Shown: one piece after another, positions 7,731 through 17,390 of the stretch
Layout: the number at the start of each line of letters is the position of its first letter
Position numbering within the stretch: the stretch's first letter is position 1
NCBI GenBank assembly: GCA_030167145.1
Contig: CP126532.1
Location: 3,180,001-3,212,000, forward strand
Length of the DNA stretch: 32,000 nt
Direction: 5' to 3'
Source of the DNA: Ktedonobacterales bacterium
GTDB lineage: Bacteria > Chloroflexota > Ktedonobacteria > Ktedonobacterales > JADMIN01
Position numbers and translations under genes: made by a program
Notes under the pieces: generated by a model
Told to the model about the DNA's origin: nothing
The model's input: only the letters and a program-made list of their open reading frames with translations
Database searches by the model: none

Positions 7731-10340
7731 ATGGACAGTTACGCGTTGGGTTTCCAGGAGATTGACCAGACGCAGGTCACGGTCGTTGGCGGCAAGGGCG
7801 CTCACCTGGGGGAGCTTTCGCGGATCGAAGGCATCCGCGTGCCGGCTGGCTTTTGCATGACGACGAGCGCTTTCCAGCGGATCATGGCGGAAGCGCCGTC
7901 GATCAACGATTGGCTCGATCGGTTGTCGCGTCTGAAGCCGGACGACCGGGACGCGATCCGCGCGTTCAGCGCGGAGATCCGCCGGACCCTCGAAGAGATC
8001 GCCATCCCCGACGATCTGGCGGCCGCGATCACCCGCCCGCTCGCTCAGCTCGGTGAGCAAGCTGCCTACGCTGTCCGATCTAGTGCGACGGCGGAGGACT
8101 TGCCGACAGCCTCCTTCGCGGGCCAGCAGGACACGTACCTGAATGTCGTGGGGTCGGAGGCGATCCTCCAGCACGTCAGCCGGTGTTGGGCCTCGCTCTT
8201 CACTGAGCGAGCGGTGATATACCGCCTGCGGAACGGCTTGGACCAGCGGAAGGTCCAGATGGCCGTGGTCGTGCAGCGGATGGTCTTCCCGCACGCGTCC
8301 GGCATCCTTTTCACGGCTGACCCTGTCACAGGCAACCGGAAGGTCGCCTCCGTGGATGCCAGCTTCGGCCTCGGCGAGGCCCTGGTCTCCGGTCTAGTGA
8401 ACGCGGACGTCTACAAGGTGCGGGAGGGCCAAGTTATCTCCAAGACCATCGCCACAAAGAAGCTCGCTATCTACGCGGCGCAGGCAGGCGGTACACAGGA
8501 ACAAGTTATTGAGCCGGAGCGGCAGGAGCAGCCAGCGCTGACGGATGCGCAGGCCGTGCGGCTCGCGCAGTTGGGTCGGCGGATCGAAGCGCACTTTGGC
8601 AGTCCTCAGGACATTGAGTGGTGCCTGGTAGACGGTGACTTCCAGATCGTGCAGAGTCGGCCGATCACCACCCTGTTCCCCATTCCCGTGGTCGGCGACC
8701 GAGAGAGCCACGTCTACGTATCTGTCGGTCACCAGCAGATGATGACCGACGCCATGAAGCCCCTGGGGATCTCCCTGTGGCAACTGACAGCAGGTCGGCC
8801 TATGTATGAGGCCGGCGGGAGGCTGTTCGTCGACGTCGCCCGGGGTCTGGCTTCGCCAGCGAGCCGCGCAGGCCTCCTGGCGGTCCTGGGGAAAGGCGAT
8901 CCGCTGATCGGGGACGCGCTGCAGACCATCCTCGAACGCGGCGACTTCATCCGCTCGCTCCCGGACGAAAGGCCCGGCGTAGCGTCGGCTGGCGCACCGC
9001 CAGCCTCGATCGAGACGGGTCCGGCCATCGTCGCCGAACTGATCGGGCGCAATCAGGACTCCATCGCCGCCTTGAAGCGCCACATCCAGACGAAGTCCGG
9101 ATCGGCGCTGCTCGACTTCATCTTTGGGGATATCCAGGAGTTGAGACGAATCTTGTTCGATCCGCGAAGTCATCAGGTGTTCATGACAGCGATGGAGGCC
9201 ACCTGGTGGCTCAATGATCACCTGCGGGCGTGGCTGGGCGAGAAGAACGTGGCCGACACGCTCACACAGTCTGTCCCCAACAACGTCACGTCGGAGATGG
9301 GACTGGAGCTGCTGGACGTCGCAGATGTGATTCGCCCGCATCCGGACGTGGTGGCTTTTCTGCAGCGCGTCGAGGACGAGGGTTTCCCAGACGAAGGCTT
9401 CCTGGATGAGCTGCCCAGGCTCGCGGGCGGGCAGGAAGCGCGAGACGCCATCCAGGCCTGGCTCGACGAGTACGGCATGCGCTGCGTCGGCGAGATCGAC
9501 ATCACGAGGCCGCGTTGGAGCGAATGCCCCACCACACTCGTGCCTATGATCCTCAGCAACATCAAGAATTTCGAGCCGGGTGCCGCCAAGCGACGTTTCG
9601 AGCAAGGGCGGCAGGAGGCTTGGAAGAAAGAACAGGAGCTGCTGGAGCGCTTGCGGGTCTTGCCAGGTGGGGAGCAGAAGGCCGAGGAGGTCAAGCGGAT
9701 GATCGCCCAGGTCCGGACCTTCATCGGGTACCGCGAATATCCGAAGTACGGCATGGTCAGCCGCTACTTCGTCTACAAGCAGGCCTTACTGGAAGAAGCC
9801 GAGCGCCTCGTGCATGCCCACGTGCTTCGTGAGCAGGAAGACACCTTCTACCTCACGTTCCAAGAGTTCCACGATGTCGTGCGCACAAATCGGGTGGATG
9901 ACCAGCTCATCAGCCAGCGCAAGGACGCGTTCAGGTCATATCAAGCGCTCACGCCGCCTCGGGTGCTCACATCGGATGGCGAGGCCGTGGCCGGATCGTA
10001 CCGACGCGAGGATCTTCCTGCTGGCGTGCTGGTCGGCTTACCGGTTTCATCTGGGACCGTCGAGGGGCGGGCCCGCGTCATCCTCGACATGGCAGAGGCC
10101 GATCTCGAACCGGGCGACATCCTGGTCACAGCCTACACAGACCCCAGTTGGACGCCCCTGTTCGTCGCGATCAAGGGCCTGGTGACGGAAGTGGGGGGCC
10201 TGATGACCCATGGCGCGGTGATCGCACGGGAGTACGGCGTGGCGGCCGTCGTGGGGGTGGAGCATGCCACCCATCTGATCCAGGATGGGCAACGGATCCG
10301 CGTGCATGGGACGGATGGGTACGTCGAGATCCTGCCGTAG
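7731..10340 (+). CDS. rph: Rifampin phosphotransferase-like PEP-utilising enzyme (N-terminal ATP-grasp, central domain, C-terminal swivel phosphohistidine domain)
   Basis: 869 aa. A GGGAGGGAG SD lies just upstream. The N-terminus FQEIDQTQVTVVGGKGAHLGELSRIEGIRVPAGFCMTTSAF is PpsA/RPH-like. The C-terminus has PSWTPLFVAIKGLVTEVGGLMTHGAVIAREYGVAAVVG, which is the mobile His domain. The length and domain order match RPH rather than a true PEP synthase. Confidence 0.85.
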   Translation: MDSYALGFQEIDQTQVTVVGGKGAHLGELSRIEGIRVPAGFCMTTSAFQRIMAEAPSINDWLDRLSRLKPDDRDAIRAFSAEIRRTLEEIAIPDDLAAAITRPLAQLGEQAAYAVRSSATAEDLPTASFAGQQDTYLNVVGSEAILQHVSRCWASLFTERAVIYRLRNGLDQRKVQMAVVVQRMVFPHASGILFTADPVTGNRKVASVDASFGLGEALVSGLVNADVYKVREGQVISKTIATKKLAIYAAQAGGTQEQVIEPERQEQPALTDAQAVRLAQLGRRIEAHFGSPQDIEWCLVDGDFQIVQSRPITTLFPIPVVGDRESHVYVSVGHQQMMTDAMKPLGISLWQLTAGRPMYEAGGRLFVDVARGLASPASRAGLLAVLGKGDPLIGDALQTILERGDFIRSLPDERPGVASAGAPPASIETGPAIVAELIGRNQDSIAALKRHIQTKSGSALLDFIFGDIQELRRILFDPRSHQVFMTAMEATWWLNDHLRAWLGEKNVADTLTQSVPNNVTSEMGLELLDVADVIRPHPDVVAFLQRVEDEGFPDEGFLDELPRLAGGQEARDAIQAWLDEYGMRCVGEIDITRPRWSECPTTLVPMILSNIKNFEPGAAKRRFEQGRQEAWKKEQELLERLRVLPGGEQKAEEVKRMIAQVRTFIGYREYPKYGMVSRYFVYKQALLEEAERLVHAHVLREQEDTFYLTFQEFHDVVRTNRVDDQLISQRKDAFRSYQALTPPRVLTSDGEAVAGSYRREDLPAGVLVGLPVSSGTVEGRARVILDMAEADLEPGDILVTAYTDPSWTPLFVAIKGLVTEVGGLMTHGAVIAREYGVAAVVGVEHATHLIQDGQRIRVHGTDGYVEILP

Positions 10341-10659
10341 CGGGCCAGCCCAACTACCTGTCGGGCGTCTGGCGGATGCCCGGCGACTGCCGCGCAGAGG
10401 CTCTCTCAGCATGAGGGGTACGCCTCCTTCGTCTGGAGGCGCTGGTGAGATCGAAGAGGAGGACATCGCAGCGCGATCACACGCTCCAAAAAAACGGCTA
10501 TTCAACTGCCTGGGCCGCATGATATGCTGAGCAAAGCCATGCCCGCTGATTGCGCCAGTGCCGGAGTCAGCGCGCGTCAGATGGTACGAACATCTGGCGC
10601 TCGCGCACAGGTATAGCGCACGTGTAATACAACGAGTGGCGGATCACCGGCCACCCTCT

Positions 10660-10719
10660 GCGCAAAAACGAAACGAGGCGCGGGCAGCCATCATGAAAAC
10701 GTCCGCTTGCGCCTCGTTG
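10660..10719 (-). terminator. Candidate intrinsic terminator downstream of fdxA
   Basis: The 10-bp stem AACGAGGCGC (10672-10681) / GCGCCTCGTT (10709-10718) has a long loop. In the minus-strand reading it is followed by TTTCGTTTTTG. It lies 15 nt after the fdxA stop. Confidence 0.45.
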
Positions 10720-10732
10720 GTAGCCAGTAGCG

Positions 10733-10996
10733 TTATTTGTTCTGGAAATAGTCGGCGTTGATCTTGACGTATTCCTTCCACTGCGCGGGCACGGCGCTCT
10801 CCTCGAAGATCGCCGTCACCGGGCAGGCTGGCTCGCACGCCCCGCAGTCAATGCACTCATCCGGGTTGATGTAGAGCATATCGTGCTGATCGTAGTCGCT
10901 CTCACCATCGGCGGGATGAATGCAATCCACCGGGCACACATCTACGCACGAGCCATCTTTCACGCCGACACACGGCTGAGTAATCACATACGTCAT
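10733..10996 (-). CDS. fdxA: 7Fe-type ferredoxin ([3Fe-4S] plus [4Fe-4S])
   Basis: 87 aa. It reads MTYVITQPCVGVKDGSCVDVCPVDCI...CIDCGACEPACPVTAIF, which is the classic CxxxxxxC...CP plus CxxCxxCxxxCP cysteine spacing. Confidence 0.9.
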   Translation of the reverse strand: MTYVITQPCVGVKDGSCVDVCPVDCIHPADGESDYDQHDMLYINPDECIDCGACEPACPVTAIFEESAVPAQWKEYVKINADYFQNK

Positions 10997-11160
10997 AGAA
11001 GGAACAATCTCCTCTTGCTCTTCAGATACAGCGGCGGCAGACGGCGGCGAAGCCGCGCCGCGAAATGCTGGGTTGCGTGTTCCGGCGTTGGGATGTCATC
11101 CCTGGCTAGGCGCCATGGCTGACAAGGTCGGGCTGCTCCCACGGGCCGCACCCTGCCCAC

Positions 11161-11189
11161 ATTATACAGGCTGAACGCGGCAATTGCTA
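11161..11189 (-). promoter_or_regulatory. Candidate sigma-70-type promoter for fdxA, overlapping the trmD stop
   Basis: A perfect TATAAT occurs on the minus strand (plus-strand ATTATA at 11161-11166). Only a weak -35 (TAGCAA) is found at 17-nt spacing. Confidence 0.3.
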
Positions 11190-11921
11190 TGGGGTGTGTA
11201 CCTCATCTTCCGCCTCGATCTCCGCCAGCAGCTTGCGGTCGCTGACCGATAGCTCCGCCTTCGCCAGCAGATCGGGCCGCCGCACGCGTGTCCGCCGTAG
11301 CGCCTCTTTACGCCGCCAGCGCGCGATAGCCGCATGGTGTCCGCTCAGTAGCATCTCCGGCACACGCCACCCGCGAAATTCCGGCGGGCGCGTATACTGT
11401 GGATATTCGAGCAGCCCAGCCGTATGCGACTCCTCCTCCGTCGAACCAGCCGCCAGCACGCCCGGCAGCAGCCGGCTTACCGCATCCACGATCACCATCG
11501 CCGCCAGTTCCCCGCCCGTCAGCACGAAATCGCCAATAGAGATCTCGTCGGTTGCCAGATGCTCGCGCACCCGCTCATCCACACCCTCGTAGTGCCCGCA
11601 GAGTAGCGTGACACGCGGCTCCGCCGCCAGTTCGCGCGCCACCGCCTGCGTGAAGACGCGCCCCTGTGGGCTGAGCAAGATGATCGGCCCGCCCTGGTAG
11701 ACCGCCTCGACGGAGTTGAAGAGCGGCTCCGGCTTCATCACCATCCCCGCCCCGCCACCATACGGATAATCATCCACCACATGATGCCGGTCGGTCGTCA
11801 CATCACGCGGATTGTGCAGCGCGATCTCGACGAGTCCTTGCGCCTGCGCGCGCCCCAGGATGCTCGCCGTCACCGGCCCCTGAAACATCTCAGGGAAAAG
11901 TGTGAATATATCGAAACGCAC
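11187..11921 (-). CDS. trmD: tRNA (guanine37-N1)-methyltransferase
   Basis: It reads (M)[15 protein letters not shown]...LLSPQG..F.Q..A.EL..., ...[13 protein letters not shown], ...[28 protein letters not shown], ...YPQYTRP..F.G..VP..LLSGHH..I..WR. I prefer the GTG start at 11921, with GGAG 7 nt upstream, over the track's TTG at 11924. Confidence 0.92.
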   Translation of the reverse strand: MRFDIFTLFPEMFQGPVTASILGRAQAQGLVEIALHNPRDVTTDRHHVVDDYPYGGGAGMVMKPEPLFNSVEAVYQGGPIILLSPQGRVFTQAVARELAAEPRVTLLCGHYEGVDERVREHLATDEISIGDFVLTGGELAAMVIVDAVSRLLPGVLAAGSTEEESHTAGLLEYPQYTRPPEFRGWRVPEMLLSGHHAAIARWRRKEALRRTRVRRPDLLAKAELSVSDRKLLAEIEAEDEVHTP

Positions 11922-12048
11922 CAACGAACTCCTGCTGGTTCAACTTCATATCGCCTATCGCACAACGCCCGCCTCAAAGTGATACTATAAACCCGTGCGT
12001 GTCAATAGAGGCTTCCTTCATACATAGGGCCTTTCGACTCCCCTCTCG

Positions 12049-12138
12049 CCCCAACCCGCGCAGGTGGGTTTCGCGGCCAGAGGCCAGAAAGGCGCGGTTT
12101 CAACCGCTAGCCCATTGTGCGGTTTCAACCACTAGCCC
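12049..12138. repeat. Second copy of the REP-like element seen at 5106-5176, ending in a 25-nt tandem duplication
   Basis: CCCCAACCCGCGCAGGTGGGTTTCGCGGCC aligns with 5103-5133. GCGGTTTCAACCGCTAGCCC (12094-12113) is repeated as GCGGTTTCAACCACTAGCCC (12119-12138). Confidence 0.6.
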
Positions 12139-12173
12139 TTCACCACAACAGACAATTACCAGAAAGACTGGCA

Positions 12174-13826
12174 ATGGCGACTCTCTGGCCCACCGGTGGC
12201 GCAAGCGAGCCAACCCGCGCTTCTGATGCCCTGCGCCGCGCCCTAGCGCATGCCGTCATCCTCGCCGATGCCGGCGCAGGCGCCCTGGCCCTGCGCGACA
12301 ACGGCGAAAATGGCGAAAGCGACCCGCTTACCGCGCGCCGCAACAAAGATGGGCTGCTCATCACATCCGGAATCGAACGGCCCCAGGCGGCGCAGATGAT
12401 GCGTGTCCTCGCCGAAGACCTCACCCCGCGTCCACTCGATGGACGCCCGCGCGTGATTGTCAACAGCGAGCTATGGGGCGGCGAGATTGCCTCGCTGGTG
12501 CTTGGCGACCTGAGCGGTCCCGCAGGCGAATTGCATCTGCTCGGCCCCACCGGCTTCAGCGCACAGCGCGCCCTCACCGAACCGCGCCGCCGCCAGGCGC
12601 TGATCGGCGAACTGACCGCCGCCGTGCGCCTCTATCAGGAAGCCTCGCGCCTGCGCCAGGAGAACCGCCAGCTTAGCTCCATCCTCCATTTCAGCGGCGA
12701 CGGCATCATCACCCTCGACGCCGCGCTGCGCATCACCGGCTTCAACCCGGCGATGGAAGTCATGACCGCCTGGCGCCAGCACGAAGTCATCGGGCGCTTC
12801 TATCAGGATGTGTTGCTGCCGCGCGACCTTCAGGGCAACCCACTCAGCTATCAAAACGATCCTGTCGTTCGCACCATCGAGATGGGCAAAGCGACCGTCA
12901 ACCACGAGCTAATTCTCCTGGCGCGCGATGGCGAGCGCGTCTATGTCTCCGTCACCGCCGCCGTCGTGCGCGCCGCGCAGGGCCAGCCAGTGAGTTGCGT
13001 CCTCAACGTGCGCGACATCACCCGCTCCCGCGAATCCGAAGAACTGCGCAACACCTTCGTCTCCGTCGTCTCGCACGAACTGCAAACGCCTATTGCCATC
13101 ATCAAGGGCTATGCCTCCACCCTGGCCCGCGAAGATGCCCACTGGGACACCGCGACCCTCCGCGCTCGCCTCCAGGCCATCGAAGAAGAATCCGACCGGC
13201 TCAACCATCTGCTCGGCAACATGCTCTACGCCTCGCGCATCTCGGCTGGCGGCCTCACCATGGAGCGCACCGACCTCGATCTGGCCGAAGTCACCCGCTC
13301 CGTCGTCCGCCGCTTCAAGGCGCGCAGTCCTGACCGCGACATCAACGTCCGGCTCCCGGCACAGGTGCCGCTGGTGCTGGCCGACCGCGAGCGCATCGAA
13401 GAAGTGCTGCTGAACCTGCTCGATAATGCGGTAAAATATTCGCCGAAGGGGCAGAGTATTCGCGTGCGCGGCTCCGTCACCGCCGACGACGTAATTCTCA
13501 GCGTCGCCGACAGCGGCGAGGGCATCCCCGCACGTGAGCAAGAGCGCGTCTTCGAGCGGTTCCAGCGCGTGGACAACTCCACCGCCCGGCGTACCCAGGG
13601 CGCGGGGCTTGGCCTCTACATCTGCCGCGCCATCGTTGAGGCCCACGGCGGGCGCATCTGGGTCCGCAGCACGCTGGGGCGCGGCTCCACCTTCTCGTTC
13701 AGCCTCCCGCGCGAGGAAAAGCCGCAAGCTCCCATGGTCATCTTCGGCGGCCACGACCGCGCCTATACGCAGCGACAACCACAGCAACAGCAGCAAGAGG
13801 AACCCGATGGAGCAACAACACGTTGA
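12174..13826 (+). CDS. Soluble sensor histidine kinase (N-terminal sensory region, PAS, HisKA, HATPase_c)
   Basis: The PAS-like segment reads [33 protein letters not shown]. The H-box is [19 protein letters not shown], the N-box is [13 protein letters not shown], and the G-boxes are DSGEGIP and [22 protein letters not shown]. There is no hydrophobic TM segment. I prefer the ATG at 12174 over the GTG at 12117, which lies inside the repeat. Confidence 0.85.
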   Translation: MATLWPTGGASEPTRASDALRRALAHAVILADAGAGALALRDNGENGESDPLTARRNKDGLLITSGIERPQAAQMMRVLAEDLTPRPLDGRPRVIVNSELWGGEIASLVLGDLSGPAGELHLLGPTGFSAQRALTEPRRRQALIGELTAAVRLYQEASRLRQENRQLSSILHFSGDGIITLDAALRITGFNPAMEVMTAWRQHEVIGRFYQDVLLPRDLQGNPLSYQNDPVVRTIEMGKATVNHELILLARDGERVYVSVTAAVVRAAQGQPVSCVLNVRDITRSRESEELRNTFVSVVSHELQTPIAIIKGYASTLAREDAHWDTATLRARLQAIEEESDRLNHLLGNMLYASRISAGGLTMERTDLDLAEVTRSVVRRFKARSPDRDINVRLPAQVPLVLADRERIEEVLLNLLDNAVKYSPKGQSIRVRGSVTADDVILSVADSGEGIPAREQERVFERFQRVDNSTARRTQGAGLGLYICRAIVEAHGGRIWVRSTLGRGSTFSFSLPREEKPQAPMVIFGGHDRAYTQRQPQQQQQEEPDGATTR

Positions 13827-14550
13827 CCCGCGCAGCATCACCGTGCTGGTCGTGGATGATGAACCGCGACTGGTAGACGTCGTGCGCATGAACCTGGAAG
13901 TCGAAGGCTATCGCGTCGTCGAGGCCGCTAACGGCTACCAGGCGCTGGACCGCCTCAAAGACGACCTGCCCGACCTCGTCATCCTCGACGTGATGATGCC
14001 CGAACTCGATGGCTTCGACACACTGCGCCGCATCCGCGAGGTCTCCAGCGTCCCCGTCATCATGCTCACCGTCCGCCAGGAAGAATCGGACCGCATTCGC
14101 GGCCTCGAAATCGGCGCCGACGACTATCTCACCAAAGCGCCCTTCAGCCCGCGCGAGCTGCAATCCCGCGTGCGCGCCCTGCTCCGCCGCACCTTCACCC
14201 CGTCCCCCGCCCGCAAAACCAGCATCGTCGTAGATAAAGACCTGACCATTGATTTCAACAAGGGCGAGGTCTGGGTGCGTGGCGAAAAAGTCGCCCTGCG
14301 TCCCACCGAATATAAGCTGCTCTACCATCTCGTCAACAACGCCGGACGACTCCTCACCCACGACACCCTGCTCTCCAAAGTCTGGGGACCAGAGTACCGC
14401 GACGAATCCCACTATCTGCGCCTCTACATCACCTACCTGCGCCAAAAGCTCGAACGCGACCCCGCGCACCCCAAATACATCCTCACCGAGCGCGGTCGTG
14501 GCTACCGCTTCCGCGAGCTAGAGCCAGCCGAAGCGCCCGTAGCGAATTGA
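13807..14550 (+). CDS. OmpR/KdpE-type response regulator (receiver plus winged helix)
   Basis: The ATG at 13807 overlaps the kinase stop by 20 nt. The receiver reads [10 protein letters not shown]...[13 protein letters not shown]...VIMLTV...[14 protein letters not shown]. The C-terminal [33 protein letters not shown] closely resembles KdpE. The upstream part of the track ORF (from 13534) is the kinase read in another frame. Confidence 0.9.
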   Translation: MEQQHVDPRSITVLVVDDEPRLVDVVRMNLEVEGYRVVEAANGYQALDRLKDDLPDLVILDVMMPELDGFDTLRRIREVSSVPVIMLTVRQEESDRIRGLEIGADDYLTKAPFSPRELQSRVRALLRRTFTPSPARKTSIVVDKDLTIDFNKGEVWVRGEKVALRPTEYKLLYHLVNNAGRLLTHDTLLSKVWGPEYRDESHYLRLYITYLRQKLERDPAHPKYILTERGRGYRFRELEPAEAPVAN

Positions 14551-14625
14551 CAACTTAGAACGCATGTACTATACTTGGTGTGCCAGTTACGATGCGCTCC
14601 CACCATCGAAAGGACCACCAGCCCC

Positions 14626-15024
14626 ATGTCTCTGCGCTACGCCTTCACCCGTCTGCTCGTGCGCGACTATGCCGCATGCTTCCGCTTCTATCGCGACACC
14701 CTTGGCTTCGCGCCCACCTTCGGCGACGAGGCCAGCGGCTACGCCGACTTCGCCACCGGCGATGTCTCCCTCGCGCTCTTTGACCGGCAAGACATGGCAA
14801 AGGCCATCGGCGCGGGCGCGAAACCCATAGATGCCGACGCGCAAGATCGCGTCGCCCTCATCTTGACCGTCGAGAACGTAGACCAGTCCTATGCAGACCT
14901 CCAGGCGAAGGGCGTCACCTTCATCAAAGCGCCAACCGACATGCCCGAATGGGGTGGCCGTGTCGCCCACTTCCGCGACCCCGACGGCACCCTAATCGAA
15001 CTCTTCTCATCCCTCCACGCCTAA
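14626..15024 (+). CDS. VOC-family (glyoxalase / bleomycin-resistance fold) protein
   Basis: 132 aa from the ATG at 14626. It has FTRLLVRDYAACFRFYRDTLGF and a C-terminal WGGRVAHFRDPDGTLIEL, which is typical of the fold. Confidence 0.8.
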   Translation: MSLRYAFTRLLVRDYAACFRFYRDTLGFAPTFGDEASGYADFATGDVSLALFDRQDMAKAIGAGAKPIDADAQDRVALILTVENVDQSYADLQAKGVTFIKAPTDMPEWGGRVAHFRDPDGTLIELFSSLHA

Positions 15025-15068
15025 CCCGCATCCCTGCTCGTGCGCCAGCCATGATGCACTGTTACGCT

Positions 15069-15091
15069 CCCCTTCCCTACGAGGGAAGGGG
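15069..15091. repeat. GGGAAGGGG-type hairpin element, possibly a terminator, downstream of the VOC gene
   Basis: CCCCTTCCC-tacga-GGGAAGGGG has a perfect 9-bp stem and is followed by CTGGGGGTTAGGT. A related hairpin occurs at 16079-16105. Confidence 0.5.
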
Positions 15092-15229
15092 CTGGGGGTT
15101 AGGTTCATGCCCGCGAACATCCCTCAGAAATCAGGGCCGCCGCTGTCCACATTCGCGTGTACACTGGGATGGTGATAGGCGGCGCGCTGGACCTGTGCCG
15201 CCCACCGAGAGCTAAGGAGCGCCAACACC

Positions 15230-16063
15230 ATGAGCAACGCAACCAACAGCGCATCTGGTTTCGCCGAAGTCAACGGCACGCAAATCTACTACGAAGTCGC
15301 GGGCGAAGGGCATCCGCTGGTGCTCATCCACGCGGGCATCGCCGACAGCCGCATGTGGGACGACCAGTTCAGCGTCTTCGCGCAACACTACCGCGTCCTG
15401 CGCTACGACCTGCGTGGCTACGGCAAATCCGCCTGCCCGCCTGGACCCTACGCGCTCCGCGACGACCTCCACGCCCTGCTCCAACACCTCAACATCGCCA
15501 AAGCGCACCTCATTGGCGTCTCGATGGGCGGCAGCCTCGCGGTTGATTTCACCCTCACCCACCCTGACATGGTCAGCGCGCTCATCACCGTCTGCGCGGG
15601 CCTCAGCGGCTTCGAGGCTCCTGACGACCCCGACACAACCGCCTACATCCAGCAGCTCATCGCAGCCGACAAAGCGGGCGACAAAGACCAACTTAACGAG
15701 CTTGAAGTCCATCTCTGGGTAGATGGCCTGCGTCGCACACCCGAACAAGTTAACCCCACCATCCGCGAGCGTGTACGCGAGATGAACGGCCTTGCCCTCT
15801 CGCGTGAAGCAGAAACAGACCAGGCGGAACCGCAACGGCTCGACCCACCCGCCGCCGGACGCCTGAGCGAGATTCACGCCCCCACGCTGGTCATCATCGG
15901 CGACGAAGACCTGCCCGGCGTGCGGGCCACCGCCGACAAGCTCGCCACCGACATCTCCGGCGCGCGGAAAGCCGTCATCCACAACGCCGCCCACGTCCCC
16001 AACATGGAGCGTCCCGACGCATTCAACCGCATCGTCCTCGACTTCCTCGCCTCCCTCGCCTGA
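15230..16063 (+). CDS. Alpha/beta-fold hydrolase
   Basis: An AAGGAG SD lies upstream. HPLVLIHAGIADSRMWD is the oxyanion region, and the nucleophile elbow is GVSMGG. The C-terminus has HNAAHVPNMERPDAFNRIVLDFL. Confidence 0.88.
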   Translation: MSNATNSASGFAEVNGTQIYYEVAGEGHPLVLIHAGIADSRMWDDQFSVFAQHYRVLRYDLRGYGKSACPPGPYALRDDLHALLQHLNIAKAHLIGVSMGGSLAVDFTLTHPDMVSALITVCAGLSGFEAPDDPDTTAYIQQLIAADKAGDKDQLNELEVHLWVDGLRRTPEQVNPTIRERVREMNGLALSREAETDQAEPQRLDPPAAGRLSEIHAPTLVIIGDEDLPGVRATADKLATDISGARKAVIHNAAHVPNMERPDAFNRIVLDFLASLA

Positions 16064-16078
16064 CCTTCCTTCCACTCT

Positions 16079-16111
16079 GCCCTCTTCCCCAGTCGGGAAG
16101 GGGGCATTTCT
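16079..16111 (+). terminator. Candidate intrinsic terminator after the hydrolase gene
   Basis: GCCCTCTTCCC-cagtc-GGGAAGGGGGC forms an 11-bp stem with one G-U pair and is followed by ATTTCT. It lies 16 nt after the stop. Confidence 0.5.
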
Positions 16112-16148
16112 ATGGTGAAACCATTGTCTGTCGGGTACACATACGAAG

Positions 16149-16177
16149 TTGACGGTACTAGACGATCTCTGTAAGAT
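16149..16177 (+). promoter_or_regulatory. Candidate sigma-70-type promoter for the small membrane protein gene
   Basis: The sequence is TTGACG-N17-TAAGAT. The predicted start site, near 16184, lies just before the GAGGAGG SD (16186-16192). Confidence 0.45.
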
Positions 16178-16198
16178 ACCATGGCGAGGAGGTATGGG

Positions 16199-16657
16199 AT
16201 GGAAGCTGAAACACGGCGTGGGCTTTTCATACTTGCGATATTTGCCGGGCCGAGTGTCATCCTGTTGACGACGATGATGACGGTACTGCAACAACCATTG
16301 TCCGCGATGAACCATTCCACCGCAATTGTCATTTCAAGCGTTGCTTTTGGTGTTGGCATGCTTGTAATGCTTGCCGCAGATCTCCGACAATCCTTCGCCT
16401 GGCGCGCAACTTTCAACGGTGGCGCTTTCGCATGCTTCGATGTGTTCTTATGGATGATGTCCTTGCATCGGTTTTGGATAGCCCTTGCCGTTGGGACCGT
16501 ATTGCTAGGGCTTGTCGCGGCTATCACGGCCCAATTTCCCTTGCGACGGCGCACCCCCTATCAAGTCCATCCTGATTCCAGCTCACCGTATCGAAGACCC
16601 TGTGCCGTCGAGGTTTCAGCGCCGCCATATCTCCTGACACCACTTGGCCCCATCTGA
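16199..16657 (+). CDS. Small integral membrane protein (about 4 TM), hypothetical
   Basis: GAGGAGG lies 6 nt before the ATG at 16199, which is in frame with the track ORF starting at 16181. The hydrophobic segments are LFILAIFAGPSVILLTTMM, AIVISSVAFGVGMLVMLAA, GAFACFDVFLWMM and IALAVGTVLLGLVAAI. The GC content is visibly lower than in neighbouring genes. Confidence 0.55.
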   Translation: MEAETRRGLFILAIFAGPSVILLTTMMTVLQQPLSAMNHSTAIVISSVAFGVGMLVMLAADLRQSFAWRATFNGGAFACFDVFLWMMSLHRFWIALAVGTVLLGLVAAITAQFPLRRRTPYQVHPDSSSPYRRPCAVEVSAPPYLLTPLGPI

Positions 16658-16804
16658 CCGCATCCGTCCTTGTGTCGTCCGCTCCTCTTGCCTTTCATTG
16701 CCCACCCTCGCATGCTACACTATCCCATGCGAGTCCCACCCGACCGCAAGGAGCGCCTCTTCTCATGAACCACCGGCCACTGGTCCGGCAGCCATTCTTG
16801 TCTG

Positions 16805-17390
16805 CCAGCACGAAAATCGGCAACTCCGGCAACTGCCACAACCCAAATTCGCGGCGAAAACGGCGAAAAATCTCCCCCCATGTCCCGCCATTTCCCGACA
16901 TCCACCCGCACACCACCGTACAAATCGGCAAAATCGGCAACTCCCATTGCGGCCATTTCGGCCACCCCGCGCGGTCCGTTCGCACGAGATCACCCGTGGC
17001 ATTCATGCTGGGAACCCGCTTTACCACCCATCCTCAACTGCACGCAAATCGGCCATTTCGGCCACTGCCTCTGCACCTACTGCATGCATACTCCAAGATG
17101 ACCCGCAGCATTCATGCCGGGAGCCTGCTCTACCACCATCTTGCCCTCGTGCGAACATCGGCAAAATCGGCAACTGCTCCAACACGCAATTGCGGCGAAA
17201 ACGGCGAAAATTATCCCGTCACTTCCAGCCATCTCCGGCCACATGCCCTCATCATCGCCTCAAAATCGGCCATTTCGGCCACTGCGAAAATCGGCAGAAC
17301 CGGCAACTGCCAGCACATGTATGTCGGCCACATCGGCCACTGCGACCTTCCCAGGCATTTATGCCCCCTCGCCCGTGCTCCGGCCATTTA
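16805..17390. repeat. Mosaic of short degenerate direct repeats and mini-hairpins (BIME/REP-like cluster) between convergent genes
   Basis: Several words recur. AAAATCGGCAACT(C/G)C occurs at about 16813, 16931, 17163 and 17287. (C)CATTTCGGCCAC occurs at about 16953, 17053 and 17270, with the variant CACATCGGCCAC at 17329. GCGGCGAAAACGGCGAAAA occurs at 16851 and 17192. A 43-nt pair is seen at 16988-17030 and 17097-17139 (GAT.ACCCG..GCATTCATGC.GGGA.C..GCT.TACCACC). Hairpins GGCATTTATGCC and CGGCCATTTATGGCCG lie at 17353-17395. Copies fall in different reading frames. Confidence 0.7.

Noticed and set aside
8394-9605. A 403-aa minus-strand ORF inside the rph homolog, along with similar antisense ORFs at 12909-13889, 15212-16315, 13738-14469 and 20334-21035
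   Set aside because: All lie antisense to genes with clear family motifs. They have Arg/Gly/Asp-rich shadow composition and no SD. They are artefacts of stop-codon depletion in GC-rich DNA.
10341-10732. Small ORFs in the rph-fdxA intergenic region (10285-10530 and 10558-10761 plus, 10644-10838 minus)
   Set aside because: They have no SD and an implausible composition, and they overlap the fdxA terminator hairpin or fdxA itself. The region is more simply a convergent 3' intergenic spacer.
12299-12320. AACGGCGAAAATGGCGAAAG inside the histidine kinase CDS resembles the GCGGCGAAAACGGCGAAAA word of the repeat mosaic
   Set aside because: It is in frame, encoding NGENGES, within an otherwise normal coding region. 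The similarity is short and probably coincidental, and nothing indicates an inserted element.
16805-17390. Possibility that the repeat mosaic is a CRISPR array
   Set aside because: The repeats are short (12-20 nt), degenerate and of several interleaved kinds at irregular spacing. There is no constant repeat of 23-50 nt separated by unique spacers of uniform length, and no cas genes are in the window.
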